IMG/VR virus record: IMGVR_UViG_3300032235_000428
Location: 38,461 to 102,460 of that record
Direction: 5' to 3' (one strand)
Source of the DNA: a virus
Length of the DNA: 64,000 bases
Position 1 is the stretch's first letter. Every line of letters starts with the position of its first letter. The notes under the pieces are model-generated. The model saw only the letters and a list, made by a program, of their open reading frames with translations, did not search any database and was not told the DNA's origin. Positions 39,401 through 47,134 of this stretch are shown here, in pieces. The translations under genes were made by a program, and so were the position numbers.

Positions 39401-41524
39401 ATTTTCATCACCAAAAGAAGAAACTATTATTTTATCTATTGGGCCATAATTAATAAAATCTCCAGTTTTGTAACTTAAAAGTTCAACACCATTAAGTAAC
39501 ATTCCAATTTGTCCAGGAACAACTTTAGTTTTTACACTAGAATTTATTGTTGGGACGAAATTTCTAATTAAAGGTTGAGGTTGAATACTTTGATTTGCAA
39601 ATTTAGTTATTTGGAATATGTTATCAACAACTTCTCCACTCACAAAAGTATAATTTTCTGTGTAAATATTTGATCTACTTGTACAAATGCGTATTACATT
39701 ATCGTTTATTTTTTTAACATAATATGTTCCTTCTGGGATATTTAATTTATTATTAACACCACCATTGGTATATGATATAGAATCTCCAGTAAAGAATGGA
39801 TGTTTTCCAATATTTAATTCATATCCATCATAAAATCCACTAAATTTAACTGAAAAATCTTTAAATTTGAGAGGAACATTTAAATAATTTGGTAATGATG
39901 GTGATGTGACATATACCCCATCATTTTTATCGATATAAACATTACTAACATTAGATGATATTATTTTTATACTTTCATTTTCATCAGTATTAACTTTGTT
40001 AATATTTTTAATAGCAATATAGGTCAGATTAACATTTATTGAATCATTTAACTGAATATCAAAAGAATTTTTGTTGGCAATTTTTATAACAAGAGATGTA
40101 TAACTATTTCCATTATTACTCTTTAATGTAACAGTATCACCCAAGGTAATTGTATTTTGATCTTTAGTAATTACTCTATATCTAAATCCAGAAAGTTGTT
40201 GAACTGTTAATACAGTAAAATATGGAGAACAATTTACTAACCAATTAGAACTTAAAGTATTATTACGATTGATACCTAGAGAAACTATATCAAGCCTGTC
40301 GTTGTCCTCATAGAAATAACTTTCATCTAAACTATCAATATCAGATAAAACACCACTTATTCTTACTTTAATTATTTCATCATTATAATAAGAATATGCA
40401 TAAAATGGAGAATAAATTTCAAATGATCTATCAAGTTCTATTACACCACTACAACCAAGAAACTGAGTTAATGTTTTAGATGTGTATTCAATGGTAAAAA
40501 TATTAAATTCATCAAATCTTACCTGTAAAGTTCCAGAATCTGGAAATCCTAATGTTGAATCCACATCAAGATATGTTTGACCTTCTAATGTATTAGAAGT
40601 TAAATATGTTTTGGGGTGGTATTGAAAAACATCTGTATTAATTCCTTCAGAAAAATCTAAACTTACTTTATAATATGATCTATTATTTCTAATTATTTTC
40701 TCTACATTAGTTACTGTTCCAGATGCATAATTAATTAAACCTGGAACTTCATCTTGGAATAAAGTTAAGTTTATTAACTTTTCAACTTCACCTGTTAACT
40801 TTTCTACTACCAAATCTCTTGTTATGCGATAATCTGTATCTGATGCCTGTATTACATAATCTCTTGGTTTGATAACTTTTGCACCTATTCCAAAAATAGA
40901 TTTAAATAGTAAATCAAAAGAAACATCAGACCCTTTTGAGGAATAAAAATCTTTAAGTTTGTATAAAAGATTTTTTTCATTTATAGATTCGTATAAATCA
41001 ACACCTTCAAATCCTGGAGCAAATTGGTACTTATATTTTTTAAAGAATTCCTTTAAAAATAATACACTAAGATTATATACTATAGAACCACTTTTATGTT
41101 CTGAAGATACTGAGGTTTCAAACAATAATTGATCTTTTATTTCTGTTCTATATGATGTTATTCCACTAAAAGACCTTGTACACTCTCGGAAAGAGTTTTC
41201 TGTGGAATATTTGTATGATATTATCTCATCATTTATTTTTACTAATCCATTTTCTTTTGGGAAATCTTTGGTTGAAGATATGAAGATTTCTGTATCAGTA
41301 AAAGATATATCTTCTAATAATTCTGTGGTAAAAAATAGTTCAGATATATTATCTAGTTTTACATATTGATCTATATTATTTAAAATATCTAGTGGACCAC
41401 CCTGATATTCTGCTGAGTTATAATATTCCTGTAAAAATTCTAAAATACGTGGAGATTCCTCAAACAAAAATTCGGGAATTTGAGACTTGATTAAATTTTT
41501 TGTTTTTATTCTAGAATTTAACAT
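30401..41524 (-). CDS. gp7: Baseplate wedge initiator, giant cyanophage form (3707 aa)
   Basis: Between gp6 and gp8; SQIPEF..FLQEYY, KDFYSSKGS, HSPLIGWAYDGNPIYGPYGY, LHDNDYYQYFSYSIKS, NHTLGFKKFSDL. Confidence 0.85.
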   Translation of the reverse strand: MLNSRIKTKNLIKSQIPEFLFEESPRILEFLQEYYNSAEYQGGPLDILNNIDQYVKLDNISELFFTTELLEDISFTDTEIFISSTKDFPKENGLVKINDEIISYKYSTENSFRECTRSFSGITSYRTEIKDQLLFETSVSSEHKSGSIVYNLSVLFLKEFFKKYKYQFAPGFEGVDLYESINEKNLLYKLKDFYSSKGSDVSFDLLFKSIFGIGAKVIKPRDYVIQASDTDYRITRDLVVEKLTGEVEKLINLTLFQDEVPGLINYASGTVTNVEKIIRNNRSYYKVSLDFSEGINTDVFQYHPKTYLTSNTLEGQTYLDVDSTLGFPDSGTLQVRFDEFNIFTIEYTSKTLTQFLGCSGVIELDRSFEIYSPFYAYSYYNDEIIKVRISGVLSDIDSLDESYFYEDNDRLDIVSLGINRNNTLSSNWLVNCSPYFTVLTVQQLSGFRYRVITKDQNTITLGDTVTLKSNNGNSYTSLVIKIANKNSFDIQLNDSINVNLTYIAIKNINKVNTDENESIKIISSNVSNVYIDKNDGVYVTSPSLPNYLNVPLKFKDFSVKFSGFYDGYELNIGKHPFFTGDSISYTNGGVNNKLNIPEGTYYVKKINDNVIRICTSRSNIYTENYTFVSGEVVDNIFQITKFANQSIQPQPLIRNFVPTINSSVKTKVVPGQIGMLLNGVELLSYKTGDFINYGPIDKIIVSSFGDENYDVINPPILTIEDTTGIGATGVCHVNGSLKRIEILENNYSFTNGIPKVTISGGNGSGAIAECKVSKIYTSVEFGAYSTSGLIDLTNNTIGFTTYHRFNKFEKIIYSSNNQTPVGGLFDNSVYYAIPTDASNIKLYSTYENAVAGLNTVNITSFGSGVHKFTTFDPKNIISSIDVVESGSGYENKRVFFLPEHVNIYSDIIRIKDHGYKGKEVVTYDSNETLISGLSSSTNYYVKVIDVDTIKLSPVGVGSISENYYYDNNIFSNLISIGSGVHELNYLPISVKIENPVGIITFSGQDSSVKIRPIFRGRIESVSLSNYGQQYGDQEIINYRKQPSVYVSSGKDASISPIISNGKIVGILINNVGLEYNSIPDLIVEGDGSGAELLPILSDGKIIDVIISKSGSNYTQSNTRIRVSSSGFGVKFETYIKSWNINLVERLITTDQITDDDGIIYNAINKKYELEYCHAYAPRKLRQSLLSTSIGVDGTTIYREDSLNDTSSIKYHSPLIGWAYDGNPIYGPYGYADPEGGVVTRMKSGYRIINSPIRPSLYPVGFFIEDYFYDGTGDLDEYNGRYCKTPDFPEGIYAYFSTINNTEESDGPFRSFLKPVFPYIIGDKFNSKIIDFNYDQNSNQDKININSTGWLRNTYYYGLLNKNSGYDVILEPNKYTKEYNRIDTTFPGSITNISIVSPGKNYKVNDEVVFDNSDAGGSNAFANVSEIVGKNIVSIACTSYKISNVQFIPYSNTGVILGICSVPSYLSANDVITINNLNNYELNISNSFSVGILTSKLILTKNLNAQTFTGVTTFIDVYGNLNYPNVQVNDIYKVDNEKIQILEIDKELSKIKILRSYGGTSGVAHSEGSVMYEVPRKFTINVGYTSSIQYKINSDIYFNPLESLGKGSGVGIGTTIFFSHVAYGVTSKIIPYQSIYLRDHGLQTGDLITYTSSGNTPIKVSTGSTSYPVQDYSKFYVGKISNDLIGISTFPIGVGSTGGFVQLGSTNKNVLLSFIDHGSGFNHKFTTNNSNTIVGDILKLTSTVTTLTNHNLTVNDVVDIDVRSGIQTTFIVKYNDTIRRMVINPSSFGILDVDTTNDIITIQNHGYKTGQKVLHTSQSPTGGLLNDEIYYVIVLDENRIRLSNNYYKSLNNILNVDYIDLVSPAATGALSLINPELNVYKNSTVIFNLSDLSLSSGGRPAFSFDFYLDSEFKNKFYTDNTKSFSVRKFGSIGVDNNASVSLIIDENTPEKLFYKLTPILFDGLGLAKEELIDDNYNITNNNLLNILESLYNGLYPVSGIGSTSFTYILTNPPERNSYNLNESEIKYFTKSLSALGEISKITIQSGGFGYKKLPNIAKVRSGLGTDALLLPFSDNIGKVYKYKLNDIGFDYPTDKTLSPSTLLPKIFKIEPLSKFERIKILSPGVNYFVSPQLVVLDGLTGRVNDEVDLRYEIGDYEVNIVRNTTGVYNISPVILPTNNPNGTRISSISYNSGTYDVTVGLAISYSSINDFPFEVGDEVIVENTNIDIVEGGNGYNSANYGYKLFTLTNINPDVGGENPTITYNIGDLPNPNPGTFDTFESIGTVTPKKYFPIFEITLVKDRFISGEKIISESGVEGIAQSYDFKNEYLKINTTENFKVGDLVTGESTKNRGLISQIILFETKHNIDGSAILSKGWKNNIGVLGDNLQRLHDNDYYQYFSYSIKSNISIENWNSLVSDLNHTLGFKKFSDLSIESYAFDAEDRVGLVTAAQQLTTLTSLATLDSNVDINLYKDFDISREKPIIVDDRYVSNEILFNTPFLQSYLEFIGNRVLKIDDISSQFDSSTRSFELNHKGEPIFSIDFNASVGSVVGLTDNTIYLPNHFFVSGEEIEYIPFNSITSNAIGIGTTFFVGVGTTSKLPSSVYVIRIDSRRIQLASSAQNALLFNPIPLSLTSVGIGSTHTLRSKNVTTRALVSINGIIQSPVVSTAVTSTIVSTVGIGSTIFPLSGISSIFSGDLIKINNEIMFVTSVGVASTNSITVFRSWVGTTESSHSSSSLVTKISGSYNIVGNKIHFSEPIRGLTPIGTTSNGPNDVDYLGISTSTRFDGRVFIRSALKQGFTSTYDKAYNTNYIFDDISQSFNGITTSYTLKQNKSNVTGFSTSNAIILIDDVFQGPQRLGSPLTNINGDYKLSEISGQTNISFTGNPANFQVTNDINTSTVPRGGIIVSVGSTNGLRYQPLIGAGGTAIVSAAGTIQSVSVGNSGSGYRVGVQTYIRVGVQTYSSGTPKITYVGYANAANGKITNVVITNAGIGYTRSNPPKVVIDPPLNYSDIPLIYSSKSPSGIGTGATVDITVGQGSSVINFELKNLGYGYGQGDILTVPMGGTTGIPTDSSTFTLYAFEEFQLTIDKTFNSKFSGWSVGDILVLDNIEQYFNGRRRIFPLSRNGERISFFPRRSSGIDLQYNLLVFINDILQVPGESYTFNGGSTVRFNEPPKPRLAGYTTPGDTCKLLIYTGTESIDVNEVDVIETLKIGDDVQFFSDLDITLNQDKRIVVDINSADTVVTNTYAGQGVSDTELLERPINWIKQTSDKIIDEIEVGKDRKYYEPNIHSQSIILSNVGIGSTVVYVTTVKSLFDNPKEGIQVSKAKIVEIISNDSLSSGIVTATVSISSTITSLNIVNPGSGYTSNPTVSIQRPGIGITGIASATANVTSGVITSFTITNPGFGYTTGPLTGLVVNQQGIGYPPLSSSSNIFTNARLKTLTGFGRGATATIEINILNNTVFSTTITEGGTNYKIGDLLFIDSYDSVGLATTYRRTTLASPLVFSVTGIKGPNVLISPPIMQIEEISDVSYEGDYGLIVGIGTTNVGVTTGIIFDFYIPQGSPLMTDGHGITKSGIRTGDYFVVTSSSVGFGITTLTRSGSILGISTENLDNVYEVYSTSQINRSIPSVGISTVIRVVTSVSRYNGLNTVVGIASTAYYGAYSWGKILFSNRSTPKQFTVKTNRFSGISTNPIVRRKNPLAFDNYL

Positions 41525-41528
41525 ACAA

Positions 41529-43436
41529 TTAATTTCTTATTAGATTTCCATTTAAGTAACTTGATGATACTATATATTGAGATCCCGATACGTCTCTCCC
41601 AGACGATATTGAATCTTCAATTAAATCAATATTAGACTTTGAATTGTCTAATTGCAAATACAAATCTTGTTTTCCAATAATATCATTTGACTTTGGGATC
41701 ACCGAAAATTCTATGATATTAATACCATCAACTTTTTTTGAATTTATTATGTTAATAGTTGATATTTTTATCTCACCTTTAACATAATCTATGACACCAA
41801 CATCAGATCTAACTAAAACTGGTTCTGAAGAAGACCCCAATTTAAATAAAAATAATCTTCCAGTCAAAAGATCTGGATTTGGTACATCTGAAAAGTACAC
41901 TGTATCACTAACACCAGGTATATTTAATCCAGAAGATTTTATGTTATAACCTTTTTGACTTTTAACATAAAATTCATTACCGAAACATACTTCATATTCT
42001 GCAAATTTTGAAATTTCAACCCGTAAATCTCTTCGCATAGAGATTTTAGTGATGTTTGATGTTATAGAATCATCTGAATCATCTATTAATTTTAGAAATT
42101 TACTATATTTAAATCTTGAAGAGTATCTATTTAATTCAGTAGATTTTGCATATTTTGTAAGATTATCTAAAACTCTATTTTTAACAACACTCACAGACCT
42201 AGTTAAATTTGTATTAAAGTAGACTTGAGAATCGTATTCAATATAAACATATTTTAAGTCAACAAATTCTGGAACTATTCCCGCAACTGCGTATTTTCTA
42301 AGTTTAAATTTTAAGTTATCTTTAACATTATTAGGAATGTATGCACCATTTTTAGGCTTTACAGCAATAAAAACTTTTCCAAATTTTGGAGGATCCAATT
42401 CTTCACCACCAAATACTGATATTGATTCTACTTCTGGGTATATTGATGGTATTAATGCTTCATAATCGGCAGAAGTTACTGCTCTATTTTGTGATGCATA
42501 TACTCTTGGAGCAAACTTTTTTATTGATGCTACTTCTTCTATTGGTTTACCACCAGTTGATGCCTGAATAGTTGTTATAAATGGTGTTGGTATTTGTAAT
42601 TCGTCACCATTATTATCTACAAATGATCCAGAAAAAGTAAATTCGGATATTCCATTAGAACTTGGACCCGATGTAACGATATACGATGCTTCTATATAAT
42701 TTTTATCGTCCAAAGGTGTTCCAAAAGTACCATCACCGAATATTAATTCATACCTCTGATCTGCTATTTCACTTAAGAAGAAAATTTTATCAGTGGACTT
42801 TACTTCACTTATATTATTAACAAAATTAAATATTCTGGAAATAGAACTTTGAATGGAATCTCTTACTACAACTCTTAATGTTGAAGTGTCTATATTGATA
42901 TTATCTAGGACAAAATTTTGGTTTTTGTTTAATGAATCTACTATAAAATTACTTGATAATAATGTTCCTTCAAGAACTTCTATATCATCGAAGGATGCTA
43001 TTCCATTTATAACTGGAACAGTAATATCATCAGCAATAGAAAATACGTAGCTTTGTGCCCCGAAAGAACGTGTTGTTGTACAAACTGGGCCTTTCTTTAA
43101 TGTAACTGTAATTGCATTATCTGCAATTCCAATAACATCTACGAAAAAAGATATTTTTGCTTTAGAGCATGTGGTAGATCTTGGTAAATATCCAACATGC
43201 TTCGCTAATGAAACTACATTTTCCCTTAGAGTAGCAGAATCTAAAAATACTTCATTACTCAACATATTAGCATTATATGAAGAGATATAAGTATTATATG
43301 CTAGTATGTCTATTAAAATAGATAAATTGGAACCTTCAAAATCATAATCCGTGAAGGTTGAATTTGATCTTAAATAATCTTTTATTGAAGTCTTTATCTG
43401 CTCAAAATCTAAGTTTGAGAAATTTACTAATGCCAT
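41529..43436 (-). CDS. gp6: Baseplate wedge subunit
   Basis: LDFEQIKTSIKDYL, DYDFEGSNLSILIDILAYNTY, FLDSATLRENVVSLAK, QNRAVTSADY. Confidence 0.95.
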   Translation of the reverse strand: MALVNFSNLDFEQIKTSIKDYLRSNSTFTDYDFEGSNLSILIDILAYNTYISSYNANMLSNEVFLDSATLRENVVSLAKHVGYLPRSTTCSKAKISFFVDVIGIADNAITVTLKKGPVCTTTRSFGAQSYVFSIADDITVPVINGIASFDDIEVLEGTLLSSNFIVDSLNKNQNFVLDNINIDTSTLRVVVRDSIQSSISRIFNFVNNISEVKSTDKIFFLSEIADQRYELIFGDGTFGTPLDDKNYIEASYIVTSGPSSNGISEFTFSGSFVDNNGDELQIPTPFITTIQASTGGKPIEEVASIKKFAPRVYASQNRAVTSADYEALIPSIYPEVESISVFGGEELDPPKFGKVFIAVKPKNGAYIPNNVKDNLKFKLRKYAVAGIVPEFVDLKYVYIEYDSQVYFNTNLTRSVSVVKNRVLDNLTKYAKSTELNRYSSRFKYSKFLKLIDDSDDSITSNITKISMRRDLRVEISKFAEYEVCFGNEFYVKSQKGYNIKSSGLNIPGVSDTVYFSDVPNPDLLTGRLFLFKLGSSSEPVLVRSDVGVIDYVKGEIKISTINIINSKKVDGINIIEFSVIPKSNDIIGKQDLYLQLDNSKSNIDLIEDSISSGRDVSGSQYIVSSSYLNGNLIRN

Positions 43437-43838
43437 TTATCTAGTTGGTAGTAATACAAATGATAGTTGTTGAGGTAAAGCATCAATGCCAACTATATTA
43501 TAGAATATCGATATATTAAAAGCATTATTTGAATAATCTGGATTAACAATCACATCTGTTAAAATTACTCTTGGTTCGTAATTTTCGATAGTATCACGTA
43601 TTTCAGATCTTATAAGATCTGCTGTAGATTCATCCATATTTTCAAATAAAAGTCTTGAAACTTTAGATCCAAGATTTCTTTGAAAAAATCTTTCCCCTCT
43701 ATTAGTCAAAACTAAATTTCTTATGGAACGTGCTATGGCAGTTTCATTAGTAATTATTGCAATATCTTTAGATAAAGGATTGAGTAATAAAGAATTACTA
43801 ATGTCTTTAAAACCTATACTAACACGTTCTAAAGGCAT
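43437..43838 (-). CDS. gp25: Baseplate wedge subunit / sheath initiator
   Basis: AIARSIRNLVLTNRGERFF, LLFE, IENYEPRV. Confidence 0.93.
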   Translation of the reverse strand: MPLERVSIGFKDISNSLLLNPLSKDIAIITNETAIARSIRNLVLTNRGERFFQRNLGSKVSRLLFENMDESTADLIRSEIRDTIENYEPRVILTDVIVNPDYSNNAFNISIFYNIVGIDALPQQLSFVLLPTR

Positions 43839-43871
43839 AATTTTTTAATGTAATTAAAATAATTTATACAT

Positions 43872-43879
43872 TATTTATT
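43872..43879 (-). promoter_or_regulatory. Late promoter AATAAATA
   Basis: NATAAATA upstream of gp25. Confidence 0.65.
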
Positions 43880-43882
43880 ACA

Positions 43883-44140
43883 TTAAATCCATTTCTTTGA
43901 TGGGATTGGTTCTGTACCATAACCCCAGTCATCATAGTCTTCATCATTCCTTATTTTTTCATGAATTTCATTTTGTAATTCAAAGTTGTGCTTCTTTGGT
44001 GTAATGTCATCATTATTAATTTCTCTCAGCATTTTTGGTTGTTGATCTAAATTATCTAATGATCCATAATCAGTCACTAATTTATCAGTACCCCACATAG
44101 AATGCATGTAGTTTGGATCTCTGTCTGGTTGCTTGTTCAT
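43883..44140 (-). CDS. Hypothetical protein (conserved cyanophage type)
   Basis: MWGT..LVTDY, HEKIRNDEDYDDWGYGTEP; located upstream of gp25. Confidence 0.7.
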   Translation of the reverse strand: MNKQPDRDPNYMHSMWGTDKLVTDYGSLDNLDQQPKMLREINNDDITPKKHNFELQNEIHEKIRNDEDYDDWGYGTEPIPSKKWI

Positions 44141-44172
44141 TGTTTACTATTTGATAAGTTAACACAGAACTT

Positions 44173-44196
44173 TTTAAGGGGTTTCTATCCCTTAAA
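44173..44196. other. Stem-loop in the 5' leader of the 85-aa ORF
   Basis: TTTAAGGG (44173-44180) / CCCTTAAA (44189-44196) perfect 8-bp inverted repeat. Confidence 0.5.
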
Positions 44197-44211
44197 TTAA
44201 AATTTTATGAA

Positions 44212-44991
44212 CTAATATATAAACTTCACAACTTTATCCACAAAAAGTTCTGATGTTTGTATCCCATAATGATGGCCATCTCTAGCATAATCAACTTTAT
44301 CAATAAAAGGTATATAATGTTTAGCGATACTTTCTACTGAATTGTGGATTGTTTTTCTTGTTGGAAATGGATAAGAATTAATTTCATCATTAATTATTGA
44401 ATGAATAACTTTATGATGATTTAAAGATTCTACTTTTTTTATACATCTCAAAGTATTTTTTAAATTTTCAGATAACACTTTGATATTTTTATTAGATTGA
44501 TAATCTTTATTACTTAACAAAGAAATCCTTCTGTCTTCATCTATTAATGATGTATCTGGATCTTCTCTTCTATCAAAATAACTCCAATGAATTACTACAA
44601 ATTTTGGGGATATTTGTTTAATAATACTTATAACTTTTCTTGATATCCATTCATTACTTGCACCATCCATACTTATATTAATTGTTCTTATCCCAGTAAG
44701 TTTTTCTAATTTTTTTGTCCATATAGAATCGTATGGGCATCCCATACCAACAGTAAAACTATCACCAAAACACCAAATACAATTTCTTAGTTCTTCAACT
44801 GTTTCTGGCCATTCTTCATCACGAAATCCTCTACTATTAAATTTATAAGATACTTCATAAGGATAATGATTAAAAAATGATTTAGATACACATTCTTCTA
44901 AGGAATCTAGTCCACTAGTACTCCATACTTGATTTTGTCTTGTTGTGAGAACAAAATTAGGTAAAATCATACTTGGGTCAACCGAAACCAT
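44212..44991 (-). CDS. SGNH/GDSL-fold hydrolase or acyltransferase
   Basis: Block I WCFGDSFTVG, block II INISMDGASN, block V DGHHYG. Confidence 0.75.
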   Translation of the reverse strand: MVSVDPSMILPNFVLTTRQNQVWSTSGLDSLEECVSKSFFNHYPYEVSYKFNSRGFRDEEWPETVEELRNCIWCFGDSFTVGMGCPYDSIWTKKLEKLTGIRTINISMDGASNEWISRKVISIIKQISPKFVVIHWSYFDRREDPDTSLIDEDRRISLLSNKDYQSNKNIKVLSENLKNTLRCIKKVESLNHHKVIHSIINDEINSYPFPTRKTIHNSVESIAKHYIPFIDKVDYARDGHHYGIQTSELFVDKVVKFIY

Positions 44992-45014
44992 ATTTAAATT
45001 ATCATCATTAAAAA

Positions 45015-45022
45015 TATTTATT
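45015..45022 (-). promoter_or_regulatory. Late promoter AATAAATA
   Basis: NATAAATA overlapping the amidinotransferase stop, 23 nt upstream of the SGNH start. Confidence 0.5.
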
Positions 45023-46274
45023 TGATAACTGGTTTATCTGTTTTCTTCTCGTAAATATAAATCTGGTTTTTTCTATCTGGGAAAAAGTCTTTTTGTTCTC
45101 CTTCTCTATCTAAGTCACTTGTGATGCAATGTAATCCACCATCCCAAAAATATCTATGTCTAAAATTAACAATGTGTGGAGTTATATTGTGTCTTTCAAA
45201 GGCATCAAAAACATCCTTATTATAGTTATTACAAACTACATTATGCTCATCAATGACTAATATATTTACATCAAAAACTGTTTCTTCAACATAATAAACC
45301 CATTTATTCAACCAAGATTCCACAAAATCTGTGAAATCATCATTATACTCTTCACCAGGAACCCACCATTTACCTTTGTTTTTTTCTTTTAAATCTAAAA
45401 ATGGTTTAACTCTGTTCCAACTTTGATCTGGTAATGATACTACCTCCCAACCAGGAAAAGTCTTATTATGACTATAAGGTTTATTTAAACTTATAATTAA
45501 ACCTGGTTTTACTGGACAAAAAGATGAATCGGTGTGACCAGAAATCTCTTTAATAATGTGACATCTATAATCAGTAAAATGTTTTTTTATTGTGTAATTA
45601 TAAATGATAGATAAATTACTTTGTGAATGAACACTACCAAAAATTAAATCTTTACCTATTCTTGTTATAACCGCAGTATTTTCACCATCACTAGATATTA
45701 CTTCGTTTCCACAACTTGTAACATATTCTTTTGCAGTTTTAAAAGAATCAAAATTACTATTTGCTGAGAAATGAGACAATGAATTAACTTTTAGTGTGCT
45801 ATAATAATCTAATAAAAATATTTCTATCTCTTCTTTTGTTTTGAATCTTTTAATTTTACCTTGAAGTTTAAAGGTGTGTAATAGTTCCAAAAAATCTTCA
45901 CTATCAAATTCTTTATTTTCTAATACTTGTTCATATAATTTCATTAATTGTCCAAACTTTTTGTCTGGTGCAAAAAATCTATTACCAAACATGCCAGTAT
46001 AGTCTCTAGGACACATTGGTGGGGGATAATATTTCTTGGTTTTCTTATCGAGATATATTTCAAAATCATCAGATACATCAGTTCTTATTACCTTTACTTT
46101 AAATTTTTCTAATAAAGTAATTAATTTCTGATAATCTTCTTCAGTCTCTATAGCAATTCTCTCCATTACGGAGCGAACTTTTGGATTTTCTATGAAACTA
46201 TAGAATTCTGGTGGATAACTTTTTCCTACTAGGCATACTTTTAATGGATCCCAATGTTGATGAACAGATAGCAT
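45018..46274 (-). CDS. Amidinotransferase (glycine/inosamine-phosphate amidinotransferase-like, pentein fold)
   Basis: HQHWDPLKVCLVG, CPRD, GHTDSSFCPVKPGLII, FDVNILVID, FRHRYFWDGGLHCITSDL (catalytic His/Cys motifs). Confidence 0.85.
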   Translation of the reverse strand: MLSVHQHWDPLKVCLVGKSYPPEFYSFIENPKVRSVMERIAIETEEDYQKLITLLEKFKVKVIRTDVSDDFEIYLDKKTKKYYPPPMCPRDYTGMFGNRFFAPDKKFGQLMKLYEQVLENKEFDSEDFLELLHTFKLQGKIKRFKTKEEIEIFLLDYYSTLKVNSLSHFSANSNFDSFKTAKEYVTSCGNEVISSDGENTAVITRIGKDLIFGSVHSQSNLSIIYNYTIKKHFTDYRCHIIKEISGHTDSSFCPVKPGLIISLNKPYSHNKTFPGWEVVSLPDQSWNRVKPFLDLKEKNKGKWWVPGEEYNDDFTDFVESWLNKWVYYVEETVFDVNILVIDEHNVVCNNYNKDVFDAFERHNITPHIVNFRHRYFWDGGLHCITSDLDREGEQKDFFPDRKNQIYIYEKKTDKPVIK

Positions 46275-46275
46275 A

Positions 46276-47094
46276 TTATTTGTTAACCCATTTTACATGA
46301 ATAATTTTCTCTAAAATTTTACTAGCAAGAAGAAAATTTGTATTAATTCCATAGTGATTACCATCTCTTGCCAGATCAACTTTTTCTTGAAATATAATAT
46401 AATTTTTACATATGGATTTAATACTATTATGTATTGATCTAGATGTTGCATATGGATAAAAATTAATTTCATCACAAATCACGGAATGAATTATCGTACC
46501 TGAATGATTTGAATTTTCAACTTTTTTGATACATTTTAAGGTATTCTTTAAATTAACGTGTAGATCTTGGTGATGTTTATTATCTTGATAATCTCCATCA
46601 CTTAATAAAGAAATCCTTCTGTCTTCATCTATTAATGATGTATCTGGATCTTCTCTTCTATCAAAATAACTCCAATGTATAATCATGAGTTTTGGATCTA
46701 TTTCTTCAATGACACGTAAGACTTTTCTTGATATCCATTCATTACTTGCACCATCCATACTTATATTAATTGTTCTGACATTAACATCTTTATTCAATGT
46801 AACTGATATTGCTTTTGTGTATTGTTGCTCTAAAGATTTTACCCATATAGAATCATATGGACATCCCATACCAGTAGTAAAACTATCACCAAAACACCAA
46901 ATACATTTTTTTAATTTTTCTATATCTTCTAACCACTCTTCATCACGAAATCCTCTAGAATTGTATTTGTAAGATACTTCATGTGGATAATTTTCAAAGT
47001 ATGATTTAGATAGGCAGAATTCTTCCGTATCTAAACCATGATAATCCCACAATTGATTTGCTCTAGTAGTAAGCACAAAATCTGGTAAAATCAT
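46276..47094 (-). CDS. SGNH/GDSL-fold protein, paralog of 44212-44991
   Basis: WCFGDSFTTG, INISMDGASN, DGNHYG; long identical stretches with the paralog. Confidence 0.75.
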   Translation of the reverse strand: MILPDFVLTTRANQLWDYHGLDTEEFCLSKSYFENYPHEVSYKYNSRGFRDEEWLEDIEKLKKCIWCFGDSFTTGMGCPYDSIWVKSLEQQYTKAISVTLNKDVNVRTINISMDGASNEWISRKVLRVIEEIDPKLMIIHWSYFDRREDPDTSLIDEDRRISLLSDGDYQDNKHHQDLHVNLKNTLKCIKKVENSNHSGTIIHSVICDEINFYPYATSRSIHNSIKSICKNYIIFQEKVDLARDGNHYGINTNFLLASKILEKIIHVKWVNK

Positions 47095-47118
47095 ATCCTA
47101 CATTACTTTCAATGAAGA

Positions 47119-47126
47119 TATTTATC
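47119..47126 (-). promoter_or_regulatory. Late promoter GATAAATA
   Basis: NATAAATA 24 nt upstream of the SGNH-amidinotransferase-SGNH cassette. Confidence 0.6.
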
Positions 47127-47134
47127 CTACACCT

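Noticed and set aside
21104-41524. Inteins or introns in the giant ORFs; stop-codon recoding
   Set aside because: No intein N-/C-terminal or LAGLIDADG motifs seen. ORFs are continuous in code 11, and TAA, TAG and TGA all serve as stops.
1032-43050. Numerous + strand ORFs (60-200 aa) within the structural region
   Set aside because: Shadow ORFs antisense to long minus-strand genes with biased codon usage; no RBS or promoter support.
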